DNA of 64,000 nt from the human T2T-CHM13v2.0 reference genome, Homo sapiens. Within the stretch, counting starts at the first letter, position 1, and each line of letters opens with the position of its first letter. Positions 14,185-28,004 of the stretch are shown here, piece after piece. Where the stretch lies: assembly GCF_009914755.1 (NCBI RefSeq), contig NC_060930.1; one strand, given 5' to 3'. Below the pieces are notes generated by a model that was not told the origin of the DNA, did no database searches, and worked only from the letters and a program-made list of their open reading frames with translations. Both the position numbers and the translations under genes were made by a program.

Positions 14185-14757
14185 CTTTTTAACAGATTTT
14201 ACTTTTTTTAGAAAAGTTTTAAGTTTATAGAAAAACTGAGAGGCTAGTACAGAGACGGCCCATTACCTCATACCTAGTTTTTCCTGTCCTTAACATCTCA
14301 CATTAGTATGATACATTTATTTACAACTAATGAACCAATATAAATACATTCTTATTAATGGAAGTCCATAGTTTATTTAGATCTCCTTAGATTTTACCTA
14401 ATCCCTTCTTTCTGTTTCAGGATCCCATCCAGGATACCACATGACATTTCATCATCATTATCATGTCTCTTTAGCCTCGTCTTGGCTGTGGTGGTTTCTT
14501 AGGCTTTCCTTGTGTTTGATGACCCAGAGGTTTTGCAGAAAGTCCCTCTGTTGGGATTAATCTGATGTTTTTCTCATGATGAGACTGGGGTTATGGGTTT
14601 TGGGGGAGGAAGACCCTGGAGGTTAAGTGCCCTTCTCATCATATCATGTCAAGGGTACTTGCTGTCAATGTGACTTTTTGGTGTTGATATTGAGCTTGAT
14701 GACCTGGCTGAGGTGGTATTTGTCAGGGTCCTCCACTGTAAAGTTCCTCCTCTTTTG
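14185..14757 (-). mobile_element. Old L1 3' end (L1MC/L1MD-like)
   Basis: caggatcccatccaggataccacatgacattt...gactggggttatgggttttggggg...ctccactgtaaagtt. Confidence 0.8.
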
Positions 14758-14964
14758 GCATGCCCTTTTGACCAAAAATCAAAAGTCATGTTCTCCAGTG
14801 GTCTTTCTTAGCAATAAAGCTGACATTTTGGCCTGTTTGTTCTTTGTGTCTTATTTCTCAATTGAGTCCATATTTGAGAAGGGAAGAAATAAATGGATGT
14901 TATGTATTGAAGCCCTAAGACCTCAATATTATCCCCCTGGCAAAATACTTCACATCTTTGTGGT

Positions 14965-15230
14965 TCACTCAAGCATCACTTCCTCTTTGAAGCCCTCCCT
15001 GATCTCCCCAGGCAGAGTCATTGTGTTCTCCCAGGTGCTCACACAACCCCCCACCTGCCTCTCTTGTGGGACTTTTCTCTTGGCTGCCATAATTCCTTCC
15101 TCCTGCTCTTCCTCCACTGGACGGTCAGCCCCTCAGGGACACCAGCGGTGTTCTAGTAATCTCTATGTCCCTGAAACCTGGCCCACAGTCTGGAATTTAG
15201 GAGATTCTTAGCAAATGTTTGCAGAATGAA
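14965..15230 (+). mobile_element. L2 LINE 3' fragment
   Basis: ctcaagcatcacttcctctttgaagccctccctg...caaatgtttgcagaatgaa. Confidence 0.65.
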
Positions 15231-15613
15231 AAACAAGTCTTTCCAAATCTCCCATCAGTGAGGGTTGCCTGACTCCTCCAGAATGGAGATTTACTGGGCC
15301 TCCTCTTGGTGATGAAGGCAGTCCCATCTAAGGACCATTCTATTCTCTTTTCAGCTCATTAAGAAGGAGGCAGGGCTGCTTAGCTGGTGCAGTTGGAATA
15401 ACACTTGAGTCTAGGACCCACATTCAGTGAAGACCTATGGCCCCATCAATATTCATAGCTGTTATTGAATGAGCACCAGGAGGAAGGTAGTCTCTCCTGG
15501 GTACTGTGTTTCCTATTAAGTCATTAAAAAAAATCTCTAAAAAGAAGTGCAGTCTTAGAAACAGAGAGTAATCATAAAAATAGCTATCATTGTTGAGTAT
15601 CATTGTTGAGCAA

Positions 15614-16047
15614 TGCTATGGTTTGGATATTTGTTCCCTCCAAACCTCATGTTGAAATTTGATGCCCAGTGTTGGAGGTGGGGTCCAGTGGGAGGTGTTT
15701 GGGTCAAGGGGTGGATCCTTCATGAATAGATTAATTCACCCGCTCAGGGGTAAGTGAGTTCCCAAAAGAGTTGGTTGTTAAAAAGAGCCTGGAACTTACA
15801 ATAAAATAAAATTCAAAAAAAGAGCCTGGCACCTCCTTGCTGCTTCTCTTGCTTCCTTTCTTGCCATGTGATCTCTGTACAGCCAGCTCCCCTTCACCTA
15901 CCAGTGAGTGGAAGCAGCTTGAGGCCCTCACCAGATGCCCAATTTTGAACTTTCCAGCCATTAGAATCAAGAGCCGAATAAACCACTTTAATGTATAAAT
16001 TACCCTGCTTGTTATACCTTTATAGCAACACTAAATGAACTCAGACA
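15614..16047 (+). mobile_element. MSTB-like MaLR solo LTR nested in a MIR
   Basis: tgctatggtttggat...ctcatgttgaaatttg...agaca; perfect TSD AGCAA. Confidence 0.92.
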
Positions 16048-16244
16048 AGCAAATAGTATAAGCTCTGTGTTAGGTGTTTCATACATGTGATATTTCATTC
16101 TTACAATTCTGCAAGGTAGATTGTTGCCTTGACCCTATCTGAAGGTCATATGACTAGAGGCCCAGAGAGGTAAAGCAACTTGCCCAAGATGACAGAGCTA
16201 TTAAAGGTCTCGACCTAAGTGGGTCTAATTCTAAATTCTTTCTA

Positions 16245-16526
16245 GGTCAGGTGTGGTGCTCACACCTGTAATCTCAGCACTTTGGGATGCTGAGGGAGGA
16301 GGATTGATTGAGCCCAAGAGCTCAAGACCAGCTTGGGCAATATGACAAGACCCTGTCTCTACAAAAATAAAAATAATTAAGCAGGTATGGTGGCATGTGC
16401 CTGTAGTCCCAGCTACCCTGGAGGTTGAGGCAGTTGGGCTGGGAGATTGAGGCTGCAGTGAGCAGTGGTTATGCCACTGCACTCAACCCTGGTTGAGAGA
16501 GTGAGAATCTGTCTAAAAAGAGAAAA
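16245..16526 (+). mobile_element. AluJ with small right-arm deletion
   Basis: J-type dimer. Confidence 0.92.
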
Positions 16527-17139
16527 TATTATTCCATCTCTACTGATTCTACACTGATTCCCTTCATAACTTTCTGCTTTTTCTCATTTTCTGCTTCTGC
16601 AATTAGCTGAGTCTAAGGAACCAATGTGAGAAAGGACACAGTATTGGCCAAGAGAACACAACAGATGGACTGAGGTTCTGTTCTTTTTTTCATAAATAAG
16701 ACTCCATTTTTATAATCTTGCCCTAAGGAATGCTGACTCTAAACTATTTCTGTACATTTTTTCTGTCTTCACTGATATGACTGACTAGTTTCTTGATTTT
16801 AAGATGAACATTTTCCCAAATTTTAGCATCCTCTAAAATTGGAATGTGTCTTACAATTTTATTCAACATGGATTGAAATCAAGTTTCTCTAGAGGGGATT
16901 TGCAGATAATTCTATTTAAAGTTGTCTCAAGTTGGTGGTCTTACCTACTTGGGTTCAAATTCTGCAGGGAATATATTTTTCCTACCTTCACCCAGTGCCA
17001 GTGAGACTTAGAAGTCTTCTGCTGTTCTTTTTTGTGGAGTGGATTTATTTCTCATTTACTCCTACAATGAAGGTATAGCCTTTGATAGCCCAGTTTATTT
17101 GTAGAGTCTTTCAATACTAGCCATTTTTTCTTTCTTATA

Positions 17140-17288
17140 TGGTTGTTCATGCCTATAATTCCAGCTACTCAGGAGGCTGAGGCAGGAGGATTGCTGGAGC
17201 CCAGGAGTTCAAGGTACAGTAAACTATGATTGCATCCCTGCCCTCCAGCCTGGGTGACAGAGCAAGACTCTGTCTAAAAGAGAGACAC

Positions 17289-17325
<37 letters not shown>
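17140..17325 (+). mobile_element. FRAM/Alu right monomer with (GA)n microsatellite tail
   Basis: Single monomer followed by (AG)n at ~17279-17325. Confidence 0.88.
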
Positions 17326-17328
<3 letters not shown>

Positions 17329-17407
17329 TTATCTTACAGCTCATGGTGTTCTAGGTCCTATATTAAAATATGATAATTTATTGAGGTCTGATGTTAGTTT
17401 CAAGCAG

Positions 17408-17921
17408 TGTGGTAGCCAGTCTCCAAGGTGGCCCCCAGTGATTTCTGCCTTCTGATATTCACACCCTTGTGTGTTTCCTTCCACACTGAATAAGACTGAC
17501 CTGTGTGATGAATAGGATATTGTGGAAATGACCAGGTGACTTCCAATGCTGCATCATAAAAGACCTTGCTGCTTCTGTCTTGTTCTCTTTTGGATCACTC
17601 ACTTTGGAAGAAGCCAGCTGCCATGTTGTGAGGACACTCAAGCAGTCTCATGGAGAGGTCCATGTAGCCAGGGTGATGACCTTCTGCCAACAGTCAGCAC
17701 TGACTAGCCAGGCATGTGAGTGAATCAACCTGAAAGCAGATCCTTCAGCCCTAGTCAAGACTTCAGATGACTGCAGCCCTTAACCTCATGAGAGACTTTG
17801 AGCCAAACCACCCAGCTAAACTGCTCCCAGATTTGTGATTCACAGAAACTGCAAGATTACAAATGTTTATTATTTTAAGTCACCAAATGTTGGCATAATT
17901 TGTTATATAGCAACTAATACA
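17408..17921 (+). mobile_element. MLT1F-like solo LTR
   Basis: tgtggtagccagtctccaaggtggccccc...gaagccagctgccatgttgtgagg...ctaataca. Confidence 0.88.
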
Positions 17922-18469
17922 AAAGCTAGAAAAATACTTTTTGAAACAAAAAATTTTACTTGTCTTTTCAAAATCAGTTTTTATCTCCTTGTTTTCAAAT
18001 GATCTCTTCCACATTAATGAGGGAATTTCTGTTGTTTTCAGGACAACTGAGATCTAAAGCAACAATGAATATTTGCTCAGTTTAATATAAAGACTTGCAA
18101 GTGACTTTGTGCTGTATATGTCTTGCTTTGTGCTTGCTTCAAATTTTATAGTTTCATTGAAGAGATTTTTCTGATAATGATATAAGTAGGTAATACAAGT
18201 AGGAATAACTTATATATCACTATTTTTAAAAGAGTAGGAAAATGTTGATTGGGTTAGTTTAAATCCAGAAAGAATACTTGCAAAGATGTCCTTAATTACC
18301 CCAAAATGCCTTAGTTTGGGAGTACCAGCTAAAGAGCTATGTTAGGGTACTCATCAATATTGAAGAGACCATGATAACCCCTGGTTGCTATTCTAAGCTA
18401 TGTATTTAGAGGTGCTGCAGGTCTTTCCTTTGGGCTTGCTGACACAATTACATTTTAATAAAGGTTTAA

Positions 18470-18762
<293 letters not shown>

Positions 18763-18942
18763 AGCTTATTGGTTTTTTATGTCATCTTTGGAAAAAGCCA
18801 TCTTGTGCTGTCCTGTGCCCAAGACATCAGCTAAATCTATTAAGATTGATTAATGAAGATTAATATAATGTTTTCCTCTTTGGATTCAAATGGATTATTT
18901 TAACCTGCATTTTGATTATTATTGTTGATCGTTGTAAAAATT

Positions 18943-19110
18943 CAGTGGTTTCTAACCTTTCTTGCTCATCGAGATCTCCTGTGGAGGTGTTTATTTAATT
19001 TTTTAAAAATATAGGTAATGGACTTTTGCCTGATTTCCTAAATTAGCATCTTCAGGGGTGGGACTTGGGAACCTGTATTTTTAAAATTAACAAACTCTCC
19101 AGTTGATTCT
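18943..19110. mobile_element. MER5-family MITE
   Basis: cagtggtttctaacc...ggggtgggacttgggaacctgtattttta...ctccagttgattct. Confidence 0.6.
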
Positions 19111-19924
19111 TTGAGTCATTCCAGTGCATTGGCACTAACAGGGACATCAGAAGACACTGGATTCACTCCCTGCCATCCACCGCCACCTTCCATTCCAGCC
19201 TCCAAGTCTGCAGCAAGGGAAGATGCAGATGGATTTAAAGAACCATGGAGGATCTGCTAGAAGATACTTAGAGATAATTTGGTCCACGTGCCTTCATTCA
19301 TCAGATAAGGGGACCCCTACTCCATGAGCGAAGTGAAGTGACTTACTTTCTTGAGGGATTTTTTATTCCATTAGTGTTATGACAATGTAGTTGAAAGTTA
19401 CAAGTTAGCAAAAACAAATACAAAAACAATGGTTGCCACAGTCTCCATTCTAGGGGAGGGATGTCATTTATCATCTGGACTGCAGAACGGTTTAATTGAG
19501 AAAAGGGAGGTCTCCTCACTTTGCAAGTGATTGTACAGTAGTTTTCTTGAGGAGGCTTTTCTAAGTAATTAATATAATAAGTAGGAATGAGAATGCATCT
19601 CATTTTTAGACTGGGTAAATAATTGGTTAGATTATTTTTAATTCAAAAGGAAATATTTCACTTGCCTGGGTGCAAGAGGCTTAGAAAAAGAACTAATTCT
19701 GCAGTACAAGTAGCAGGATTTCTGGGTTAGGGGCTCATCATAGCCTGAGAGAGGAGGTCATTGGTAGGAGCTTGCAGGCAAGTGAAAGGTCACAGGATCC
19801 CTGTGAATATCAGTGGGCAGGAGATTTGAAAAGAAGGAATGCCCGTGAGCAAAATCTCTCAGGGCAGGGCGGGGGGTGGTGGTGGCTGGGGAAATCCAGG
19901 ACCGTGGTATCAGTGCTGCGACAT

Positions 19925-20774
19925 TGTGATTTATAATAAGAAATGTATATGCGGTCCCTGTTTCCCGGCATAAGGCTCCTAATACCCTTGGAATCTCCAA
20001 AGTAGTGTTTTTCTTTGTTTTTTTGTTTGTTTGTTTCTTTGTTTTTTGTATAATGATGACATAATTGGTGGGGTGAGGGCTCCGGATAGCCTCAGCATGG
20101 GGCTGGTTGCTGGAGGAGCCAACCTTGTAATTAGAGGGTTGGGACTTTAGTCCCATCCACCCCCTACCCTACCTCTAGATAAGGGAGAGGGGTGGAAGGT
20201 TGAGTTGATCACCAAAAGCCAATGATTCAATCAATCAAGCCTATATAATGAAACATCAGAAAAACTCACAGGACAGGATTCAGAGAACTTCAGGCTGCTG
20301 AACACATGGAGGGTGGCATGTCCTGAGAGGGCATGAAAGCTCCACACCCCTTCCCCCATACCCTGTCCTATGCATTTCTTCCATATGGCTGCTCTTGAAT
20401 GACATCCTTTTATAATAAATAAGTAGTAGTGAGTAAAGCACTTTCCTGATTTCTGTGAGCTGCTCTAGCAAATAATCCAACACAAGGCAGGGCTCGTGAG
20501 AACTCACAATTTATAGCCAGTTGGTTAGAAGTACTGGTGGCCTGGATTTTTATTTGGCATCCAAAGTGGGGTGGGGGTGGTCTTGTGGAACTGAGCCCTT
20601 AACCTGTGGGATCTCACTCCGACTCCAGGTCAACAGTGTCAGAACTGAATTGAATTATAGGACACCCAGTTACTGTTGAAGAATTGTTCAGTGTGGGGAA
20701 AAACACACACATCCATGTTGAGTGTTGAGAATGTAGTAGGAGAAAACAGACAGTTTGGTTTTTCCTATCATACA
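19925..20774 (+). mobile_element. MER21 (A/B-like) LTR
   Basis: tgtgatttataataagaaat...gagcccttaacctgtgggatct...agaactgaattgaattataggacacccag...taca. Confidence 0.85.
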
Positions 20775-23583
20775 CCTGCTCTCTTTGATGCCTGAATTGT
20801 GCTATAATTCTCCCGCCATTCTCCCAAGTTTTACTAAAATGCCTTTCGGATACACTAATCTTGTGTTGGTGCTGCTTTGGGAGAGAAAGAAGAGGAATAG
20901 CATAGGGTGAAGTGATAAGGCATGAGGATGTAGAATTCAGTGGAAAAGGAAGATGAGAGAGAGAGAAGAGAGAGGGGAGAGAGAGCATGCACCAGGAGGA
21001 ACCTAATCCCTTGGAAACTCCCAGCAGAAATGGGACAATGGGCTTCATAAAGAATGTGGAATGGGCTCAAGTTATTTTTCTCAAATAACATCCAAGGGAA
21101 GGGTAATCCCCAGAAGAAAGACTTGGGAATTGACATCCCAATAGCAGACAATTGGATTACATCACAAGTTTTCTGCAAAATGAATGAAAACATTCATGTC
21201 ATACCACACACCCTTCTGCCACATGAAAACCCCAGGTCCTGATGGACATTCCCCCTAGAGGCTGAGACTGCCTTCCCTCATGCACATCCAGCTGGTCTTT
21301 GGGCACTGTTTCAGTGCTCCCCAAAGAATAAAGCCACAAGTACTCCATCAAAAGGAAGACAGCTTTACAATAGCTAGGGTCAAATGCTTAATTTAAACCC
21401 CAGGAAAGAGCAAGCGTTGTCAAGACAGAAGCGAGGGATCCCCCAGCTCTTCCCAGCTTTTGTATTCTGTGATTCTTAGGAAGAGAGGGGTCAAACCCTG
21501 GTTTTGTACAGTAATGAATAAAATGGCCTGGCTGGGTGTCAGCTGGCCTGCTAAAGTTGGCAGCTGACAGGGGAGAAACAGAGAACTTCGGAGGAACTGG
21601 TTCAATCTGCATGTATGATGTGTTCACGTAGACTGCCTGCGTATAGATTATATAACATCCATGACATACAGAGAAAGGCTTTGGGTTCCTGAGAAAGAAA
21701 GAAGCTCAGAAATAGACCATTTCTAGGGTAACACAAATCAGGATACAGATTCTAGTCTCACATATGGGGTGATCTCAGCTGCCAGAGGACACTTAGCAGC
21801 TAGGGAAGCACAAACAAAGGAAGTCATTCCCATAGTCAGGGCCCCTACTGGAAGCTCAGAGAGTCAGGGGTTGCCTGGCAACAGCAGAGTCTTCCTGTCT
21901 TTTCATTCACCCCTGTCAAGAGCATAAGATATCTCTTTCTTTTTTCTTCTGGACCTTCATTTTTCACCTAATTTCACCCGGAATTTGTTAGGAACCAGTG
22001 AGATATGTTTGAAGTCTCATAGGAATGCTGGTTGGAGACAGATCATTCTTCACAGGAACCTGAGCCCTGCAGAGATAAATGCCATGCCTCTGAGGCGTCC
22101 AGTTGCACCTACAGTTTTGCCGAATCCTACTGTGGGCAAAATGTGATGAAGGCTCACAGCTAGGGGGAGGGAGTTGACATGGTCCTGAATGCCTGAAGAA
22201 ATGGCAGATAACCTATTTATGAATTTGTATGATTATTCCTACTGCAGGCCATCCTGATGTTTTGGAGAAGCAAGCTTTGTCTTGCAGTCCGAGATTCACC
22301 CCTGACTATCTGTAGTCACTTTGCCTCTTGAGGCCTTGCACTCTCAATCTCTATAAGAAATCAACTTCTCCCTGCCCCCAGCGTGGTGCTCTTAGGAGAT
22401 TTGGTGAGAAGGTGAAAGAAAACTACTAGATTATAAAGGCTCTTGAGGATGGGATCATTGCTTTTTCATTCCTATGTACCTTACAGGCATCTAGCAATGA
22501 GTTTTAAAAAATATATTATGTATTCATTATTTTTGCCTATAAGGTACATATATTGTCCATTTTGTTGACAAATAAGAAGCACTTGTATTTCTTCTGGCTG
22601 CATGGTACCTGGCCTTTCCATTCCATTGCACCATTGTGTTTGGTTATTAAAGGAAAGGGTTACCCCAGAAGAAAGGCTTGAAAAGTGACATCTTGCTAGC
22701 AAAACCTGGATTACATTATAAAAGATTTTCTATGAAATGGAAGTATTGAGATCGTAGCATACATGCAGCTGTGTATACCAATGTGTCCTAATATGTGCTC
22801 ACCCAGTGCATTCTTGCCATGCAGAACACAGAAGGTGCCAAATGGGATTCAATATTCCTGGCAGCTCTGAGTATTATGGAAAAGGGAGTTCACTGTGTAT
22901 CAGGTCAGATCAGGTCTGGACTATTTTATGGAGAGGAGATGCTCTTCTTTTCCTTGAAGATTTGAGCTTTTGGGTTGGGGAGAAGGGCAGAATTTTACTG
23001 GGTGGAGGAAGCTTTGATGCTACCCACTGGATATTTCCTGCTAAGAAGAAAACCGATAAAGGGAACAAGGCCCCATAAGAAGCACCCAACTTGGAGCTGA
23101 GTAAGTCTGTAAAATTGCATGGAAGACTCGATGCTGTTGGTGGGGAACTCTTGCATCAAGCCTTCTACTTTGTGTTCCTAGTAGTGTGAGCCAGCAACTT
23201 TTAAAATTTTGTCTTCTTTTCCCTGGTTTTAAGTTATATTGCTTTCTCTTGCCAGATCTGAGGCATTTTTTAAAAGGGAGCATTTATCCTTTAACAGCAC
23301 ATGCTGTCATATTTTGTCCCTGTTACAGTCCTTTGAGGGAGGGAGCAGCCTCTGCTTTGTCACACGGTTGGTAGGGCTGGGAGAGAGCCAGAGCCCAGGA
23401 TGTCTAAGTGACTTCCCAAAGCCACAGAGCTAGGAAATGGTGGAGCTGGGACTTGACTCTGTTGGTGGCCACACTCGCAAACCCATGCTCTGTGCCTTTC
23501 AATTTATTCTTGCTAGGCTGAACTGACAGTAGCAGGTCGAGAAAAGATGGCGCCCTCCTACAAATGAGGTGAATTTTCAAATA

Positions 23584-23598
23584 AGGTCAGATGGGTCA
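23584..23598 (+). promoter_or_regulatory. Consensus DR3 nuclear-receptor element (VDR/RXR type), motif only
   Basis: AGGTCA-gat-GGGTCA. Confidence 0.4.
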
Positions 23599-23617
23599 GG
23601 CTCTAAGATCAGACCTA

Positions 23618-23930
<313 letters not shown>

Positions 23931-25966
23931 TAATCCACAAATGATTGGTGAGTCCAATCATCATCATCCTCTACTCCAACTTGGATATAGCTTTGTGATG
24001 AAGCTAGAATATCTGCCTCTGTCACATCAAGAAGAGGCATCTCAAAATACAGACAGTGAGAGTTCAAAGTCTTGGAACTGGAAAGATCAAGGCAGAAGCC
24101 TCTGGGTACCAGCAGAAACCACCGAGAAGCAGGACTGGAGAGCTGAGGGTGAGGGAAGAGGGGAGGGTGGGGTACAGAGATTCTAGGACCTGAAGAAGTG
24201 TTCTCCGTGGTGTGGTAGAGTGGGGTTCATTGTGTTGTGATCAGGATGTTGATCAGAGTTCCCTCAAAAATTATCAAGTAGTGATTGCCAGGTTAACTTC
24301 ACCACTACACTACTAGTTAGAGTTGTTAAAGAGCAAGATTGCAGAGCTGATTTCTTTTCCTGTGTCACGTGAGGTGGTGCCTCCACCCCTAAGTAGAGCA
24401 GCTAGCACAGCAGTGTGGTTCTTCATGAAGGTGAAGGCTGGGAGTGAATGTTGGGTAGTTCCTGAGGCCATGGGGAGGAGTCGCTCCCAGGGAGGGCAAG
24501 AGACAGGGCGGACCAAAGGAATGTGGCTAGAAAGACATCCATCATATCAAATGGAGACTTCAGAGATGTCCAGAGACCATGATCAGCCGGTTTTGTTGGT
24601 TCCGTTTAACATGCAGAGGAAAAGGTGGAAAGCACCCTCATTTGGACACGCTGCCATACGCATCTTTAGAAAGGTTTCTTTGCAGACATCAATCTGATAA
24701 GGTAGCCCTGGGCTGGCTCCTGTCATGATGGTGCCTTTTCCCTCTGTCCTGTGACACCATGCTTAAGAGGGTGGTGTTGGAGTTATTTGGAAAAGTATTG
24801 TTGTTTTTGTGTAATCGTTTGATATTTTTATTAGATGAGGCCCTGGACCTGTGATTTTAAAAGGCTACTTGGTTGGAATTTTGTTTTGTTTTGCTTTGCT
24901 TTGCTTTTATAAAGAAAGGCCAGGTAACTGCCTCTCCTATTTTATTTCCTTTGGAAACTGGTTCTTGTGGAGGTGGTGCCTGGCACCAGAATGAAACTGA
25001 ATTTCCTCCACAGGTGATGCAAAATCAGGTTCTGTTTGGGGTCATCATCTCGGTTGTCATAAAACCGCACATTTTAAAGTTTCTGGGTGTAAGATTGCTG
25101 AGAGCCCTGTGCCTGCACTGGGGGATGTGACCTTTGTTGTGGCTCTGGGGGTGAAGTTGGGGTACGCACACCCAGGTTTACTCAGCAACCACTGTTGGCT
25201 GTGTCAGCCACGTTCCTGTTCCCAGAGCTCAGTTGTTCATGTCTACACCCACTGATCTCCTGGCAAAGGCATGTTCTCTTTCAGGGAGCCATCCAGTCAT
25301 GCAGCTGAGGAGGTGCCTCTGTGAGCTCCCCCGATCTGTCTGACTCACGAGCAGGATTTCCAGCATTCTGGGCCGTTCAGCTGAGCGATAATTTTGTCTC
25401 AGGCATTTGCAGAAATGGCTGCTTATATGTGCAGGCACGCGTGCTGCTGCCCCTGAATTCTCCATAAAGTCAGATGGTCCACTCAGCTGGCTCCGGAGAC
25501 CCTTTTACACAGTCACGGAGTAGAAAATCAAGTAAAACATTCATCCCGTTTTAAACACTCCAGTCCATTGAAACTAGTGGTATTGTGATTGCAGGTGTTT
25601 TTGTGTGTTTGTCCGGGGGGACTTTGTAATCCTGGTGCCGGGTTGAACGAAAACCTCAGCCTCTGTTAGTATTGTCTGAAACACACTGCTTGAGGAGTGT
25701 GTGTTAAGGACACTCTAAAAAAGAGACTTGTGGGAGGTTTCAGGCATTTGGAAGTTTTAGATACGACTTCAAGTAAGATTCACTTTCGGGTGAGGTAAGG
25801 AGCTTCTTGATTTTCCTTCTGTTGGTTTTTAATCCAGAGGTGGACAGAGATAGCATTTGCAACATAGAGCCAAGAACCCAGCCACAGCTCCTTGCTTGGC
25901 ACTGCTCAACATTCCAGCAAGAATCCACGCTGCTTGGACCAATGGCTTTAGAAGTTGAATTATTTA

Positions 25967-26263
<297 letters not shown>

Positions 26264-26417
26264 AGAAATTGAATTATTTAAACAAATTTTCATTTAATTC
26301 AGTGCAGCTACTTCTGTAGTGTCCTGAGAGAAAAGACACAGCTGAGGTTGATGGACCTGGCTTCTGATTTGTATTACTGTTTCCTACCTGTGAGCCCACG
26401 AGCAATTTACTTTAATT

Positions 26418-26702
26418 CAGAGTCTGCAAACTAGAGGCCTGCTGCTGAATTTGCTTTGCATACTTTTTTTTGGCTTGGGCAACGCAGGGTTTATAAAAAT
26501 TTAATCAGTAACTAACATCTAAATATCAGAGTTTTCAGCATGAATCCAGATTTCTGGCTTCTTTAGAAAAATGGAAAGATCTGGCAATACTGGGCCTGAA
26601 TTCCCGACTAGAAACAATTGCGTTGATCATTCTTTATCGAGGGCAGTACCCTTTATTTTAATCATGATGCGGTCTCTGCTGGCATTTAAGTTTGCAACCT
26701 TG
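26418..26702. mobile_element. MER102 hAT-Charlie element nested in a MIR
   Basis: aatccagatttctggcttctttagaaaaatggaaagatctggcaatactgggcc...ggcatttaagtttgcaacc. Confidence 0.8.
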
Positions 26703-26746
26703 TACTTTGTTGAGCCTCAGTTTCTTAATCCACAAGATAAGCATAC

Positions 26747-27101
26747 CGTACTTGTTTGTTCTTATGCTGCTAATAAAGACATACTTAAGACTGGGTAATT
26801 TATAAAGGAAAGTAGTTTAATGAACTCACAGTTCCACGTGGCTGGGGAGGCCTCACAATCATGGTGGAAGGCAAAGGAGGAGCAAAGTCACGTCTTACAT
26901 GGCAGCGGGCAACAGAGCTTTTGCAGGTAGACTTCCATTTATAAAACCATCAGTTATCGTGAGACTTTTTCACTAACACAAGAACAGTATGGGGGAACCA
27001 CAGCCATGATTCAATTATCTCCACCTGGTCCCACACTTGACATATGGGGATTATTACAATTCAAGGTGAGATTTGGGTGGGGACACAGCCAAACCACATC
27101 A
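26747..27101 (-). mobile_element. THE1 (C-like) solo LTR
   Basis: gctgctaataaagacatac...gagatttgggtggggacacagccaaaccacatca; TSD CATAC. Confidence 0.93.
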
Positions 27102-27129
27102 CATACTATCCTCAATTCATAGGTTCTTC

Positions 27130-27285
27130 TATTTTTTTTATTTTTAGTTTTTAGAGATGAGGTATCGCTCTGTTGCCCAAGCTAGAGTACAGCAGCATTA
27201 TCATAGCTCACTGTAGCCTCAGGCGGGCTCAAGTGATCCTCCTGCGTCAGCTCCTGAGTAGCTGGGACTACAGGTGCATGACTCA
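27130..27285 (-). mobile_element. AluJ right arm / FRAM
   Basis: Poly(T) then tagagatgagg...gctcaagtgatcctcctg...gtagctgggactacagg. Confidence 0.85.
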
Positions 27286-27418
27286 GCTTCTTGTGTGAAG
27301 ACGGAGTAACATCCATAAAGCAACTAATAGGATTTCACACACAGTAGGCCCTTGAGAAACGCTGGATCTTATGGTTTGTGTGCAATCTACAAGGTGTTTC
27401 CCCATCAGGAAACGCAGG

Positions 27419-28004
27419 GGTTATAATTTGGTTGTTGGTCCCCTCTAAATCTCATGTTGAAATGTGATCCCCAGTGTTGAAGGTGGGGCCTAGTGGGAGA
27501 TGTTTGGGTCATGGGGGCATATCCCTCATGAATGTCTGGGGGCCGTCCTCACGATAACGAGTGAGTTCTCTATCACTCCATGTGAGATCTGGTTGTTTAA
27601 AAGAGCCTGCACCTCCTCCTTCTCTCTTGCTCCCTCTCCTGCCATGTGACACACTGGCTCCTCTTCACCTTCTGCCATGATTTTAAGCTTTCTGAGGCTC
27701 TCAACAGAAGCAGGTGCCAGCAATAAAGTTTCCTTAGGGGAGAGATAATGGTGGGAACAGTGGAGGAATGTGTGCAAGCTGCACTCAGGCTTTGCTGTGA
27801 CTTTGTCTTGGATGGAGCCTGTCAGGTTATGAAATGTCATCCATTCCACATCCCTCTATGGAGTCCTCTGGAAAGAAGAATGGGCAACTCTTCCATAGGC
27901 TTCCTGTACAGCCTGCAGAACTATGAGCCAGATAAACCTCTTTTCTTCATTAAGTTACCCAGTCTTGGGTATTCCTTTATAGCAACGCAAAGTGGCCTAA
28001 CACA
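27419..28004 (+). mobile_element. MSTB-like LTR interrupted by a ~170-bp non-MST insert
   Basis: aaatctcatgttgaaatgtgatcccc...cttcctgtacagcctgcagaac...ctaacaca. Confidence 0.88.

Noticed and set aside
14627-15211. 194-aa ORF
   Set aside because: Spans antisense L1M and L2 fossils, starts at GTG, and resembles no protein I recognise.
24924-25012. 89-nt GT-AG mini-intron (CAG|GTAACT...TTTCCTCCACAG|G)
   Set aside because: Plausible sites, but expected by chance in 64 kb and flanked by no meaningful ORF.
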